Below, in pieces: positions 1-10,035 of a stretch of DNA of 64,000 nt. Both the position numbers and the translations under genes were made by a program. Origin of the DNA: Candidatus Aminicenantes bacterium (GTDB taxonomy: Bacteria > Acidobacteriota > Aminicenantia > Aminicenantales > JAFGBC01); NCBI GenBank assembly GCA_963702005.1, contig OY969696.1, positions 3,647,692 through 3,711,691 of the forward strand, read 5' to 3'. The notes under the pieces were generated by a model. It made no database searches. It saw only the letters and a list, made by a program, of their open reading frames with translations, and was not told the DNA's origin. Each line of letters starts with the position of its first letter. Within the stretch, counting starts at the first letter, position 1.

Positions 1-1
1 G

Positions 2-472
2 TTCGTTTGGCAGGCCGGGACTTACGAGGGCCGCGTCCTCGTCTCGGGGAGCGAGCCCGTCCGCGTCAAGCCCCGGGCGAGCGCCGTCGTTTGGGCGCGA
101 CCGGTCGCGGAGCTCAAGGGAGGCCTCGCCGACGAAGAGGTCTATTTCGCCTGCGAAATCGTCCGGAAGGGAGAACGGCTCAACGCCAACGCGTTCCACT
201 TCTCGGAGCTCAAGCGGGTCCGCCTCCCCAAGCCCCAGATCCGTTTCGAAGTCCGGGCCGAAGGCTCCTCCATCAAGATTGACCTCGATAGCTCTGTCTT
301 CGCCAAGGACGTCTATCTCGAAGCGGACGGCGTCCCGGGACGATTCTCCGACAATTTCTTCGACATTATCCCGGGACGGAAAACGACCGTGACCTTCGAA
401 CCGGAAGAAAAGACGGAAGCGAGGATCCTCGAAAAAACCTTAAGAATCAGGAGCTTACGGGACGGCTACTAA
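2..472 (+). CDS. Partial CDS (C-terminal ~156 aa; N-terminus lies outside the window). Possible glycoside hydrolase family 2 (beta-mannosidase-like) C-terminal domain.
   Basis: Open frame from position 2 to a TAA stop at 470-472, with GC-rich third-position codon usage. The motif 'SDNFFDIIPGRKTTVTFEP' resembles the 'DNYFDLLPGE' motif of GH2 C-termini. It overlaps the downstream glycosyltransferase stop by 2-3 nt in convergent orientation. Confidence 0.4.
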   Translation, partial: FVWQAGTYEGRVLVSGSEPVRVKPRASAVVWARPVAELKGGLADEEVYFACEIVRKGERLNANAFHFSELKRVRLPKPQIRFEVRAEGSSIKIDLDSSVFAKDVYLEADGVPGRFSDNFFDIIPGRKTTVTFEPEEKTEARILEKTLRIRSLRDGY

Positions 473-2265
473 GACGCCTTTTTCGCGTCGCGTTTCTCGA
501 GCTTATCCCTGAGGACCAAGGCCGGCTTCCAGTCGGGAGCCATCTCTAAAACCCGGCGGTTGAGCTGACGCGCCTCCTCCCAATCGCCCTGCTTGGCCGC
601 CAGGACCGCCTTGTCGTGGAGGGCCTCGATGTTCTTGGGGTTGATGGCCAGGGCCCGGTCCAAGTGCTTAAGGGCCCGGTCGACATCGCCCAGCGTTCCG
701 TAGACTACCCCCAGGTCAACCTGGACTCCGTCGAATTCGGGCTCGATTTCGGCGGCCTTCAGGTACCATCCGAGCGCCGCCTGGAAATCCTTCCGGCGCG
801 ACGCCAAATTGCCCAAGTTCAGGCAGGAAAGAAAATTCGTGGGATCGGCGGCCAGCGCTTCGATATAGTTTTTCTCCGCTTCGTCGAGCCGTCCCAGCTT
901 GTCGTAGACCACGGCCAGGTTGTAGTGAGTCAAATCCTTTCGATACTCGAACCCGGCCAGATGAGGCGCGGCGAGGGCAAGGACGATCCCGGCCCCTCCC
1001 AAGACGCGTTTGAAGCCGAGGCCCGTCCTCAAGCCTTGCCAGAACTCGACAAGCGGTACGGATGCGAATAATAAAAGAGCCGGGACGACCGGAACCCGAT
1101 ACCGTGAGAAAAGAAAGAAGATGATGGTCGAAGCCATCCAGGCCAGGATGAAAATCCAGGTGGGGGCCATCGTCCTCCAGGCACGGCGCTTGAGGACCAA
1201 CCCGGCCAGGGCCAGCAGGCTGACCGCGCCGAATTCGACCAGGGGGAGGCCAAGGACGAACGACTTGGAACGGACGTAATAGTAATCGACGGCGTCCGGC
1301 CGTTCGTACCATTCCCAGAACATCCTCGTCTTCTTGGCCAGCAAGCGGAGGAAATCGCCGGGGTTAGCACGGGCCCAGCGCAGGGCCTTGCCCATCCAGA
1401 AGCGAGAGGACTGGGCGGCCGTCAGGGGATGTCCCGTTTCCTGTTCGGCGACGCGAATCGGCTCGCTCCGTTCGTATTCGGGCATGTGTTTGCCGGGGAC
1501 TATCGATTGGTACCAGCCGTCGGCGGCCGCGTTGTTGCCGATGTAGAAATTGACGCCACCCTGGAACGTCGTGGGGAGAAAAACGCCCCCGACGATCCCG
1601 TTCCGGAGCGCGACGGGGAGGAGGACAAGAAGGCAGCCGCCGACGAGGCCGGCGGCGCTCCGGAGCCGCCGGCCCCAGCCATCTTCCTTCCTGAAAGTTA
1701 GGAGGACGAGGACGGGCAGGACGAGAAGCATGTTCTCGCGCAGGAGCGCGATAAGGCCGGTCAGCAGCCCCGCCCCGAGCCAGGTCGCGGCCCGTCCCTT
1801 GTCCCGGGCCGAGGCCAGGGTCCAAAGAAGGAAACACACGAGGTTGACGGCCGGGGATTCCTTGAGGACTTGGACGTCGTAGAAAATGAAGACTCCATAG
1901 AGAGCGGCCAGGCCGGCAGCCGCGAGGCCATAGCTTTCCCCGAGCAGCAACCGGCCCGCCCGGTAAAGGGCGTAGATCCCGGCCAGGCTGAATAGAATCT
2001 GAAGGAGATAGACGGCCGCGTAGGAATGCCCCCAGACGGCGTAGATCAAGGCCAGAAGGTAGGGATAGAGAGGCGCCTGGAAGAAGAGCTCCCGGCCCAG
2101 CCAGTCGCCCTTCACGATCCGGCCGGCCCAGTTGTCGTATTCCCAGCTGTCCATGGCCGGCTGGCCGAAGAAAGGCTGATGACGGACCTGGAGCCAGTGG
2201 CCGACCCTGAGCAATCCGGCGACGGCCAGGATCAAGATCAAAATCGCGGGAATGCACTTCTTCAC
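469..2265 (-). CDS. Membrane glycosyltransferase of the GT39/ArnT-like (dolichyl-phosphate-mannose mannosyltransferase-like) family with C-terminal TPR repeats. The true start is probably a GTG near 2265 (VKKCIPAILIL...), not the long ORF start at 2388.
   Basis: Multiple transmembrane segments in the N-terminal two-thirds. The C-terminal ~150 aa carry TPR-like repeats (AEKNYIEALAADP..., ALGWYLKAAEIEP..., LKHLDRALAINP...). Confidence 0.6.
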   Translation of the reverse strand: MKKCIPAILILILAVAGLLRVGHWLQVRHQPFFGQPAMDSWEYDNWAGRIVKGDWLGRELFFQAPLYPYLLALIYAVWGHSYAAVYLLQILFSLAGIYALYRAGRLLLGESYGLAAAGLAALYGVFIFYDVQVLKESPAVNLVCFLLWTLASARDKGRAATWLGAGLLTGLIALLRENMLLVLPVLVLLTFRKEDGWGRRLRSAAGLVGGCLLVLLPVALRNGIVGGVFLPTTFQGGVNFYIGNNAAADGWYQSIVPGKHMPEYERSEPIRVAEQETGHPLTAAQSSRFWMGKALRWARANPGDFLRLLAKKTRMFWEWYERPDAVDYYYVRSKSFVLGLPLVEFGAVSLLALAGLVLKRRAWRTMAPTWIFILAWMASTIIFFLFSRYRVPVVPALLLFASVPLVEFWQGLRTGLGFKRVLGGAGIVLALAAPHLAGFEYRKDLTHYNLAVVYDKLGRLDEAEKNYIEALAADPTNFLSCLNLGNLASRRKDFQAALGWYLKAAEIEPEFDGVQVDLGVVYGTLGDVDRALKHLDRALAINPKNIEALHDKAVLAAKQGDWEEARQLNRRVLEMAPDWKPALVLRDKLEKRDAKKAS

Positions 2266-2278
2266 GGCGGCGCCTTCG

Positions 2279-2310
2279 CCCCGTCGCGAGACTATCGTCT
2301 CGCGACGGGG
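2279..2310 (-). terminator. Perfect GC-rich palindrome (13-14 bp stem, 4-nt loop) immediately after the rplQ stop. Candidate intrinsic terminator of the alpha operon.
   Basis: Sequence cccgtcgcgagac-tatc-gtctcgcgacggg read directly. There is no strong T-tract, so confidence is limited. Confidence 0.45.
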
Positions 2311-2326
2311 CGATTGTCCCAAAACC

Positions 2327-2731
2327 CTATTTAGCGGAGGTTTTCTTTTCCTTCTTCTTGATTTTCTTCTTGAACTCGGAGCCGACAAGCTCGATCATGG
2401 CCATGCGAGCCCCGTCGCCCGAGCGAAGGTCGAGCTTGACGATCCGGGTATAGCCGCCCGGCCGCTCGGCGAAGCGGGGGCCGATCTCGCCGAACAGCTT
2501 GGTGACGGCCGATTCCTTGTAGAAAAACGCCAGGGCTCTCCGCCGGGCGGCCAGCGTGTTGGCCTTGGCCAGGGTGATCATCTTCTCGGCCAGGGGGCGG
2601 GTCTCCTTGGCCTTGGCCAGGGTCGTCCGGATCCGCTCTTTCTCTATGAGCGAGGCGACGAGATTCCGGAGCAAGGCCATCCGGTGCTCGGTCGTCCGCC
2701 GGAGCTTCCTGCCTGCGACTGCGTGCCTCAT
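2327..2731 (-). CDS. rplQ: 50S ribosomal protein L17
   Basis: 134-aa translation matches the L17 family (…[34 protein letters not shown]…). Confidence 0.95.
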   Translation of the reverse strand: MRHAVAGRKLRRTTEHRMALLRNLVASLIEKERIRTTLAKAKETRPLAEKMITLAKANTLAARRRALAFFYKESAVTKLFGEIGPRFAERPGGYTRIVKLDLRSGDGARMAMIELVGSEFKKKIKKKEKKTSAK

Positions 2732-2737
2732 GAGGGT

Positions 2738-3760
2738 CTACTCCTTGTCTTCTTTCTCCCGTCCGGTCTCGCCCTTGATTCGTTCCATAACCCGCGGGGA
2801 CAGGTCCAGGTTCAGGCTCAGGCCCAGGTTGGCCAGGGTTTCCTTGATCTCGGCCAGCGACTTCCGGCCGAAGTTCTTGGTCTTGAGGAGGTCCTCCTCG
2901 GTTTTCTGGACGAGCTCGTAGATCTTCTCGATGCCGGCCGATTTCAGACAGTTGTTGGACCGGACCGAGAGCTCGAGATGCTCGATGGACTTGGCCAGGA
3001 GGTCGGTCTGATCGAGGAAGGGGACTTCCTTCTTCTGGGCAGAAGGCTCTCGTTCCAGGGGTTCGTCGACGACGTTGAGGAAGATGGCCAGGTGCGCCCG
3101 GAGGAGCTTCGAAGCCTGGGACAGGGCGTCGGTGGGATGGATGGCGCCCGTCGTCCACAGCTCGAGGGTCAGCTTCTCGTAGTCGATCCTCTTGCCGACG
3201 CGGGCCGGCTCGACCCGGTAGTTGACCTTGAGGATCGGGGAATGGGAGGAGTCGAGGGGGATGTAGTCGACGCTGAGGTCCTCGTCGAGGTTCTGGTCGG
3301 CCGTGATGTAGCCCCGACCGTTCTTGACGACCATCTCGATGTCGAGGCTGCCGTCCTCGTCGAGGGAGGCGATCGGGATATCCGGGTTGAGGATCTCGAT
3401 GTCCCCGTCGTGGCTGATGTCGGCCGCCGTGGCCTTGGCCGGACCCTCCTTCTTGAGGGTCATCCGCCGGGGCTGGTCGCCCTTGAGCTTGAGTGGGATG
3501 GTCTTGAGGTTGAGGAGGATGTCGGTGACATCCTCGACGACCCCGGGAATCGTCGAAAATTCGTGGAGGACGCCCTCGATGCGGACGGCCGTGATGGCCG
3601 CGCCCGTGATGGAGGACAGGAGGACCCGCCGCAGGGCGTTCCCGATCGTGACCCCGTAGCCCCGCTCGAAGGGCTGGGCCGAAAACGACCCGAATCTTTC
3701 GGTCAGGGTTTCGTAATCACACTCCAAGAATTTCGGCCTCTGAAAGCCTTGATCCGTCAT
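2738..3760 (-). CDS. rpoA: DNA-directed RNA polymerase alpha subunit
   Basis: 340 aa covering the N-terminal dimerisation domain and the C-terminal domain (…LELSVRSNNCLKSAGIEKIYELV…). Confidence 0.95.
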   Translation of the reverse strand: MTDQGFQRPKFLECDYETLTERFGSFSAQPFERGYGVTIGNALRRVLLSSITGAAITAVRIEGVLHEFSTIPGVVEDVTDILLNLKTIPLKLKGDQPRRMTLKKEGPAKATAADISHDGDIEILNPDIPIASLDEDGSLDIEMVVKNGRGYITADQNLDEDLSVDYIPLDSSHSPILKVNYRVEPARVGKRIDYEKLTLELWTTGAIHPTDALSQASKLLRAHLAIFLNVVDEPLEREPSAQKKEVPFLDQTDLLAKSIEHLELSVRSNNCLKSAGIEKIYELVQKTEEDLLKTKNFGRKSLAEIKETLANLGLSLNLDLSPRVMERIKGETGREKEDKE

Positions 3761-3803
3761 CGCTCCTCCTTATGCGGTCCAGTCAATCCCCCGTCCGGGG
3801 GCG

Positions 3804-4430
3804 TCACTTCGAGTAGAGCTCCACGACGAGGTGCTCCTCGACGGGGAGGGTCACATCGGCCCGGGTCGGCAAAGACTTGATCCGGCCCTGGAAGCCGGCC
3901 CGATCGACCTCGATCCAACTGGGGACCGTCTTGGTCTGGTTGGATTCGACGAGTTCCTTGATTTCGGCGGTCTGGGCGGTCCGGGCCCGGAACCGGATGA
4001 CGTCGCCGGCGTCGACCTCGTAGGACGGGATGGTGACCCGATGGTCGTTGACCAGGAAATGGCCGTGGCCGACCAGCTGGCGGGCGTGGACCCGCGATCG
4101 GGCGAATCCCATCAGGGTGACGACGTTGTCGAGCCGCCGCTCGAGCATGGACAGAAGGTTCTCGCCGGTGACGCCCTTCCGCCGCTCGGCCCGCTCGAAG
4201 AAGAGCCGGAACTGCTTCTCGGTCATCCCGTAGTATCTTTTAAGCTTCTGCTTTTCGCGGAGCTGGATGGCGTAGCCGAGGATCCGCCTTCTCATCTTGC
4301 CGTGCTCGCCCGGCGCGTAGGATCGGCGCTCGACCGGGCACTTGGCGGACAGGCATTTATTGCCCTTCAGAAGCAGTTTCGTCTTCTCGACCCGGCACTG
4401 CCGGCAGACCTGTTCTCTTCTCTTCGGCAT
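3804..4430 (-). CDS. rpsD: 30S ribosomal protein S4
   Basis: 208 aa with an N-terminal Cys cluster (CRQCRVEK…CLSAKC) typical of S4. Confidence 0.95.
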   Translation of the reverse strand: MPKRREQVCRQCRVEKTKLLLKGNKCLSAKCPVERRSYAPGEHGKMRRRILGYAIQLREKQKLKRYYGMTEKQFRLFFERAERRKGVTGENLLSMLERRLDNVVTLMGFARSRVHARQLVGHGHFLVNDHRVTIPSYEVDAGDVIRFRARTAQTAEIKELVESNQTKTVPSWIEVDRAGFQGRIKSLPTRADVTLPVEEHLVVELYSK

Positions 4431-4457
4431 CGTATTCTCCTTTAGCGGCTCATGGCC

Positions 4458-4853
4458 TCAGACCCGACGCCGCCTCCGGGTGCGGCAGCCGTTGTGGGGG
4501 ATGGGAGTCACGTCCCGGATGGATTTGATCTCGATGCCCGACGTTTGGAGGGAGCGGATGGCCGACTCGCGGCCTGCGCCCGGCCCCTTAATCCGGACGT
4601 CGACGTAGCGGACCCCGAACTCCTTGGCCCGCTGGGCCGCTTCCTTGGCGGCGAGCTGGGCGGCGAAGGGCGTTCCTTTCCGGGCCCCCTTGAACCCCGA
4701 CGTCCCGGCGCTCGTCCAGCAGACCGTGTTGCCGTGATGGTCCGTGATGGTGATGATCGTGTTGTTGAAGGTCGATTGGATGTGGGCCAGCCCATAGCCG
4801 ATCTCCTTCCTCGTCTTTTTCTTCTTGACCTTGGTCTTGGCGGTGGTTGCCAT
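4458..4853 (-). CDS. rpsK: 30S ribosomal protein S11
   Basis: Conserved S11 C-terminus [10 protein letters not shown]. Confidence 0.95.
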   Translation of the reverse strand: MATTAKTKVKKKKTRKEIGYGLAHIQSTFNNTIITITDHHGNTVCWTSAGTSGFKGARKGTPFAAQLAAKEAAQRAKEFGVRYVDVRIKGPGAGRESAIRSLQTSGIEIKSIRDVTPIPHNGCRTRRRRRV

Positions 4854-4879
4854 GATGGGACTCCCTCAGCCGGCCGGCC

Positions 4880-5260
4880 TCAGGCCGACTTCTCCTTGAT
4901 CTTCTTGATGGCGTGGCCGCGCGGCCCCTTGCGGGTCCGGGCGTTGGTCTTCGTCCGCTGGCCCCGGGTCGGCAGTTTCCGCTTGTGGCGCTGGCCGCGG
5001 TAGCAGCCGATCTCGATCAGCCGCTTGATGTTCATGGCGACTTCCTTGCGAAGGTCGCCCTCGATCTTCTCCCGCTTTTCGATGATCTGGCGGATCTTGT
5101 TGATTTCGTCCTCGGACAGGGCCTTGACCTTCTTGTCCTTGTCGATCTTGGCCTCGGCCAGGATTTGATTGGACTTGGAACGGCCGATCCCGAAGATGTA
5201 GGTTAAGCCGACCTCGATCCGTTTCTCGGCGGGAAGAGTGATGCCTGCAATACGTGCCAT
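4880..5260 (-). CDS. rpsM: 30S ribosomal protein S13
   Basis: 126 aa; MARIAGI… and [15 protein letters not shown] motifs. Confidence 0.95.
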   Translation of the reverse strand: MARIAGITLPAEKRIEVGLTYIFGIGRSKSNQILAEAKIDKDKKVKALSEDEINKIRQIIEKREKIEGDLRKEVAMNIKRLIEIGCYRGQRHKRKLPTRGQRTKTNARTRKGPRGHAIKKIKEKSA

Positions 5261-5271
5261 GGTGACCTCGT

Positions 5272-5388
5272 TTAACCTTGCTTTTGCTTATGCCGGGGGT
5301 TGCTGCAGATGACGCGGACGATCCCCTTCCTGCGGATGATCTTGCAGTTCCTGCAAATCTTCTTGACGGACGCTCTGACTTTCATGGT
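5272..5388 (-). CDS. rpmJ: 50S ribosomal protein L36 (38 aa; absent from the ORF track because it is too short)
   Basis: Hand translation of the minus strand gives [37 protein letters not shown], the L36 zinc-ribbon sequence. Confidence 0.9.
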   Translation of the reverse strand, partial: TMKVRASVKKICRNCKIIRRKGIVRVICSNPRHKQKQG

Positions 5389-5396
5389 CGCTTCCT

Positions 5397-5615
5397 CTAC
5401 TTATAGCGATAGGTGATCCGCCCTTTGGTCAGGTCGTATTTGGACAGCTCGACCAGGACCCGGTCGCCGGGGAGGATTCGGATGAAGTTCTTGCGCATCC
5501 GGCCCGAGATGTGGGCCAGGATCCGGTGCTTGTTGGCCAGCTCGACCCGGAACATGGCGTTGGGCAGGTTCTCGAGGACCGTTCCTTCCGCCTCGAACAT
5601 GTCATCCTTGGGCAT
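5397..5615 (-). CDS. infA: Translation initiation factor IF-1
   Basis: 72 aa with an S1-like fold; sequence …[43 protein letters not shown]…. Confidence 0.95.
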   Translation of the reverse strand: MPKDDMFEAEGTVLENLPNAMFRVELANKHRILAHISGRMRKNFIRILPGDRVLVELSKYDLTKGRITYRYK

Positions 5616-6402
5616 AAGGATTCTCCTTGGCGATCCAGATCGCGGAGCCCTCGGGCGGCGTCGACAGACTCAGGATCTCGGCCCCGCCGGCGGTCAGGGC
5701 GACGGAGTGCTCGAAGTGGGCGGACAGGCTTCGGTCCGCGGTCACGGCCGTCCAGCCGTCATCGAGAATTTCAACCTCCCAGCCGCCGGCCGCGATCATG
5801 GGCTCGACGGCCAGGATCATCCCCGGCCGGAGGCGCGGTCCGCGGCCGGGCGCCCCGAAGTTGGGGATCTGCGGATCCTCATGGAGAGACCGGCCCACGC
5901 CGTGGCCGACGAACTGGCGGATGACCGAGAAACCCTCGGCCTCGACCGCGACCTGGATGGCGTGGGAAACGTCCGAAAGCCGGCCGCCTTCCTTGATCTC
6001 GGCGAGGCCCGTGCCGAAGGCCCGCTCGGCCGTCGCGATCAGACGGCGGGCCAGGGGAGTCGCCTCCCCGACGGCATAGGTCCGGGCGGCGTCGCCGTAG
6101 AACCCGTCCAGGACGACGCCGAAATCGACCCCGACGATATCCCCCTCGCGGAGGACGCGGACCGAGGGAATGCCGTGGATGATTTCCTCGTTGACCGAGG
6201 TGCATAGAGTCGCCGGGTAGCCCCGGTAGCCCTTGAAGGCCGGGACGGCCCCGAGCTCCCGGGTGCGCGCCTCCGCGTAGGCGTCGAGGTCCCGGGTCTT
6301 GACGCCGGGCTTGATCATCGCCCCGATCTCGTCCAGGACGCGGGCGACAACCCGGTTGCTGCGCCGGGCGGCCTCGATCTCGTCAGCGCTGTAGATGATC
6401 AT
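5602..6402 (-). CDS. map: Methionine aminopeptidase type I. Start assigned to the [10 protein letters not shown]… ATG at 6400-6402; the longer ORF to 6510 overlaps adk.
   Basis: MetAP family motifs (…[12 protein letters not shown]…, …EPMI…). Confidence 0.9.
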   Translation of the reverse strand: MIIYSADEIEAARRSNRVVARVLDEIGAMIKPGVKTRDLDAYAEARTRELGAVPAFKGYRGYPATLCTSVNEEIIHGIPSVRVLREGDIVGVDFGVVLDGFYGDAARTYAVGEATPLARRLIATAERAFGTGLAEIKEGGRLSDVSHAIQVAVEAEGFSVIRQFVGHGVGRSLHEDPQIPNFGAPGRGPRLRPGMILAVEPMIAAGGWEVEILDDGWTAVTADRSLSAHFEHSVALTAGGAEILSLSTPPEGSAIWIAKENPYAQG

Positions 6403-6406
6403 GATA

Positions 6407-7072
6407 TCATTGTCCAGACTTCCGGGAGGCCAGACGGGCGTCCAAGACGGCCGAGAGGAGGAGGAAGACGCCTTCCATGGTCCCGCTGCCGTCGACGAGC
6501 TGAAACACATTTTTGCCCGCGTAATAATCCCGGAGGGGCCGGGTCTGCTCCTGATAGACTTTCAAGCGTTCCCGAATGATCTCGGGCTTGTCGTCGTCCC
6601 GCTGGACAAGCGGTTCCCGGCATTCGGGACAGCGGTTGCCTGGGACTTCGCCCGGCTTGGCCTGAGTCGTGACCGCCTTGCAGCGGGGACAGACCCAACG
6701 CCGGGAAAGGCGCTCGAGGAGGAGCTGCTCGGACAGGGCGATTTCCAGCGCCAGCTCGGGCCGGCTTCCGTCCATGCGTTCGACGTCCCGGGCCTGGGCC
6801 AGATTTCTCGGGTAGCCGTCGAGGACGTAGCCGTTCCGGCTCTCGGGCCGCTGGATGCGCTCCTCGACCAGCGAGGCCACGATGTCGTCGCCGACCAGCT
6901 CGCCCCGGTTCATGAGATCCCGAACCTTGAGACCGAGGGGCGTCCCTTCTTGGACGGCGGCCCGGAGAATGTCCCCGGTCGAGATCTTGGGAAACCCGTA
7001 GCGCTTCTCGATGAGGACCGCCTGAGTCCCCTTGCCGCTGCCGGGCGGCCCGAGCAGGATCACCCTCATCAG
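6407..7072 (-). CDS. adk: Adenylate kinase with a zinc-binding lid (CPRC…CPEC). Start at MRVILLGPPGSGKGTQ; the long upstream ORF extension is artefactual.
   Basis: P-loop GPPGSGKGTQ and a lid domain with CxxC…CxxC. Confidence 0.9.
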   Translation of the reverse strand: MMRVILLGPPGSGKGTQAVLIEKRYGFPKISTGDILRAAVQEGTPLGLKVRDLMNRGELVGDDIVASLVEERIQRPESRNGYVLDGYPRNLAQARDVERMDGSRPELALEIALSEQLLLERLSRRWVCPRCKAVTTQAKPGEVPGNRCPECREPLVQRDDDKPEIIRERLKVYQEQTRPLRDYYAGKNVFQLVDGSGTMEGVFLLLSAVLDARLASRKSGQ

Positions 7073-8448
7073 CGTCTCCCCCGGATCCGGCTCCGCCGCA
7101 TGAAGCCGTCGTAGTGGCGCATGACGAGCTGGGCCTCGACCTGCTGGAGGGTGTCCATGGCCACGCCGACGACGATCAGGATCGAGGTCCCGCCGAAGTA
7201 GAAGTCGACGTTGAGGCCCTGGGTGAACCACTTGGGCAGGTTGGCCTCGAGGAAGGTCCCGATGAAGGGAAGAGTCCCAACCTTGAAACCCGTCATCATG
7301 AACTCGGGCAGGATGGCGATGGCGGCCAGGTAAATGGCCCCGACCAGCGTGATCCGGGACAGGACCGAGTCGATGAAGTCCGAGGTATTCTGGCCGGGCC
7401 GGATGCCGGGGATGAAGCCGCCGTACTTGCGGAGGTTGTCGGCGACGTCGACCGGGTTGAAGATGATCGAGATGTAGAAGTAGGTGAAGAAGATGATGGC
7501 CGCGACGTAGAGGAGGTTGTAGAGGGGCATCCCCAGCCCGAACTGGCGGGAGAAGGTCTGGAAGAGCGGCGTCTTGACGAGCGAAGCCAGGGTCGTGGGG
7601 ATGGTGATGATCGAGGCCGCGAAGATGATCGGGATGACGCCCCCGGTGTTGACCCGGAGCGGCAGGTGCGTGCTCTGGCCGCCGTAGATCTTCCGGCCGA
7701 CGACGCGCTTGGCGTAGGAGACGGGAATCCGGCGCTGGCCGCGCTCGACAAAGACGATGAAGGCGACAACGGCCAGCATCAGGACGACCAGGAAGATGAG
7801 CCGGAGCGGATCCATATTCCCAGACCGGAGCCCGGTCAGGATGCTCTGGACTCCGCGCGGCAGGCCGACGACGATCCCGGCGAAAATAATCAGGGAAATC
7901 CCGTTTCCGATCCCCCGTTCCGAGATCTGTTCGCCCAGCCACATGATGAAGACCGTTCCCGTCGTCAATGTCAAGACCGTCAGGGCCTTAAAGCCTATGC
8001 CCGGGTGGGGGACGATCGGGGCGCCGCCGGGGGCCTTGAGGGCCTCGAGGAGGAGGGCGATTCCCATCCCCTGGATGAAGCAGATACCCAGGGTCCCGTA
8101 GCGGGTGTACTGCGTGATCTTCTTCCGGCCCATCTCTCCTTCCTTGGACAACCGTTCCAAGTAGGGCCAAACGACCTGGAGGAGCTGGAGGATGATCGAG
8201 GAGCTGATGTAGGGCATGATCCCCAGCGCGAAGATCGTCATTCTGGACATATTCCGGCCCGAGAAGAGATCGACGAAGCCGAGGATGGTCCCCTTCTGGG
8301 CCTGCCAGAACTCGGCCAGGGCCGAAGCGCTGATCCCCGGGTTGGGGATCTGGGCGCCGAGCCGGTAGACGGCCAGCAGGGCCAGGGTGAACAGGACCCG
8401 CCTGCGGAGGTCGGGAATGCTGAAGATATTGCGGACACTGTCAAGCAT
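7069..8448 (-). CDS. secY: Preprotein translocase subunit SecY
   Basis: 459 aa with ten transmembrane segments; order and family match secY. Confidence 0.95.
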   Translation of the reverse strand: MLDSVRNIFSIPDLRRRVLFTLALLAVYRLGAQIPNPGISASALAEFWQAQKGTILGFVDLFSGRNMSRMTIFALGIMPYISSSIILQLLQVVWPYLERLSKEGEMGRKKITQYTRYGTLGICFIQGMGIALLLEALKAPGGAPIVPHPGIGFKALTVLTLTTGTVFIMWLGEQISERGIGNGISLIIFAGIVVGLPRGVQSILTGLRSGNMDPLRLIFLVVLMLAVVAFIVFVERGQRRIPVSYAKRVVGRKIYGGQSTHLPLRVNTGGVIPIIFAASIITIPTTLASLVKTPLFQTFSRQFGLGMPLYNLLYVAAIIFFTYFYISIIFNPVDVADNLRKYGGFIPGIRPGQNTSDFIDSVLSRITLVGAIYLAAIAILPEFMMTGFKVGTLPFIGTFLEANLPKWFTQGLNVDFYFGGTSILIVVGVAMDTLQQVEAQLVMRHYDGFMRRSRIRGRR

Positions 8449-8893
8449 GGCTCCCCCCTATCAGCAGCGCCTTCCCGCCGGCGTCCTCGATCTTTTTCCG
8501 GGCGGCCGCGGAGAAACCATGGGCGTGGACGGTCTTGGCTTTGGTCCAGGGCCCGCGGGCCAGGATCTTGATCTTTTCGGACTCTTTCTTGATCAGGCGG
8601 GCCTCGACGAGGTCCTTGGGCGTGATCTCGGTCTTGGCGATCCTGTCCAGGCGGTCCAGGTTGACCACGGTGTACTCAGTCCGGAAGATGTTCGTGAAAC
8701 CCCGCTTGGGGAGGCGCCGGACGAGAGGCATCTGGCCGCCCTCGAACCCCTTCATGCCGGAGTAGCCGGCCACGGACAGCTGGCCCTTGTGGCCGCGACC
8801 CGAGGTCTTGCCGCGGCCCGAGCCGGGTCCCCGGCCGACCCGCCGGACTTTCTTCCTGGAGCCCTTCGCCGGATGCAGGTTGCTGAGGTTCAT
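8441..8893 (-). CDS. rplO: 50S ribosomal protein L15 (start at MNLSNLHPAKGSRKK…)
   Basis: L15 glycine-rich N-terminus GRGPGSGRGKTSGRGHKGQ. Confidence 0.9.
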   Translation of the reverse strand: MNLSNLHPAKGSRKKVRRVGRGPGSGRGKTSGRGHKGQLSVAGYSGMKGFEGGQMPLVRRLPKRGFTNIFRTEYTVVNLDRLDRIAKTEITPKDLVEARLIKKESEKIKILARGPWTKAKTVHAHGFSAAARKKIEDAGGKALLIGGSHA

Positions 8894-8904
8894 CGTCCCT
8901 CTCC

Positions 8905-9126
8905 TCACTCGACTTCCAATAGATGGGAGATCTTCCGGATCATGCCTCGGACCTGGGGCGTGTCGGGACGGACGACCTCGGAGCGGAGCTTGCGCAGCCC
9001 CAATCCTTTGACGACCTCCCGCTGCTCCCGCGGATAGCCGATCAGGCTCCGGACGAGCCGGATGCGGAGCTTTCGAGGCGGGGCGGCCTCTCCCGTCTTG
9101 GCCGTTTTCTTGCCTGTCACTGCCAT
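8905..9126 (-). CDS. rpmD: 50S ribosomal protein L30
   Basis: Sequence …[29 protein letters not shown]…. Confidence 0.9.
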   Translation of the reverse strand: MAVTGKKTAKTGEAAPPRKLRIRLVRSLIGYPREQREVVKGLGLRKLRSEVVRPDTPQVRGMIRKISHLLEVE

Positions 9127-9638
9127 ATCGTCCCCTTCGTTTTGCCGCGTTTGGCCGAGATCTGCTCGGGATCATAGAGACGCCGGAGGGCGTTCATCGT
9201 CGCGTTGGCGACGCTGATCGGGTTGCTGGAGCGGATGGACTTGGTCAGGATGTCCTTGATCCCGGCCAACTCCATGATAACCCGGACGGCGCCGCCCGCA
9301 ATGACGCCCGTCCCCTTGGAGGCGGGCCTCAGGATGACAAGGCCGGCTCCGTCGACGCCGCGGATGAGATGAGGGATCGTCGTCTCTTTGAGGGGGACGG
9401 TGATCATCTTCTTCTTGGCGTCCTGGACGGCCTTGGCGATGGCCATCGGCACCTCGCGCGCTTTGCCCTTGCCGATCCCGACCGTGCCCTTTTCGTTCCC
9501 GACGGCGACCAGGGCCAAGAAGCTCAGGTTCTTGCCGCCCTTAACGACCTTGGTGACGCGGCGGATATTGATGACCTGGTCCTTGAACTCCAATTCCGGC
9601 TCTTCGCTCCCGCCCTTCCTAAAATCTCTGTAAGCCAC
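9117..9638 (-). CDS. rpsE: 30S ribosomal protein S5
   Basis: 173 aa; …[38 protein letters not shown]…. Confidence 0.95.
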   Translation of the reverse strand: MAYRDFRKGGSEEPELEFKDQVINIRRVTKVVKGGKNLSFLALVAVGNEKGTVGIGKGKAREVPMAIAKAVQDAKKKMITVPLKETTIPHLIRGVDGAGLVILRPASKGTGVIAGGAVRVIMELAGIKDILTKSIRSSNPISVANATMNALRRLYDPEQISAKRGKTKGTIWQ

Positions 9639-9660
9639 TGTTCCTCCTCATTCCGACCGG

Positions 9661-10035
9661 TCAGAAGACCAGGCCGCCCTTGCGCAGGCCCTCGGCCAGG
9701 GCTTGGACGCGGCCGTGGTAGGGATAGCGTCCCCGATCGAAGACGATCGTCTTGATATTCTTGGCCAGCAGGCGCTGGGCCAGGATCTCGCCCAGCAGGC
9801 CGCAGGCCTCCCGGTTCTTGGCGTTCTTAGACTTTTCCTGGAAGGCCTTCTCGAGGGAGGAGGCCGCGACCAGGACCGCCCGGCGGTCGTCGTCGACGGC
9901 CTGGGCGTAGACGTAGCGGTTGCTCTTGAAGACGTAGACCCGGGGCCGGGCTTCGACGCCGCGGACCTTTTTCCGGATCCGTTTCCGGATGCGGATCTTC
10001 GTCTCGGTCTTGGCTAAGGATTTGTCTTTAAGCAC
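9661..10035 (-). CDS. rplR: 50S ribosomal protein L18
   Basis: 124 aa; sequence …RPRVYVFKSNRYVYAQAVDD…. Confidence 0.95.
   Translation of the reverse strand: MLKDKSLAKTETKIRIRKRIRKKVRGVEARPRVYVFKSNRYVYAQAVDDDRRAVLVAASSLEKAFQEKSKNAKNREACGLLGEILAQRLLAKNIKTIVFDRGRYPYHGRVQALAEGLRKGGLVF

Noticed and set aside
2252-3880. 542-aa plus-strand ORF antisense to rpoA/rplQ
   Set aside because: Low-complexity Gly/Asp/Leu-rich translation typical of antisense frames in high-GC DNA. It overlaps well-supported rpoA on the other strand.
6407-7942. Long 511-aa ORF containing adk with a ~290-aa N-terminal extension
   Set aside because: The extension overlaps secY on the same strand in another frame and is Arg/Pro-rich nonsense. 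True adk starts at MRVILLGPPGSGKG (7072).
7114-8571. 485-aa plus-strand ORF antisense to secY
   Set aside because: GC-driven open frame; the acidic/Gly-rich nonsense sequence opposes a conserved gene.
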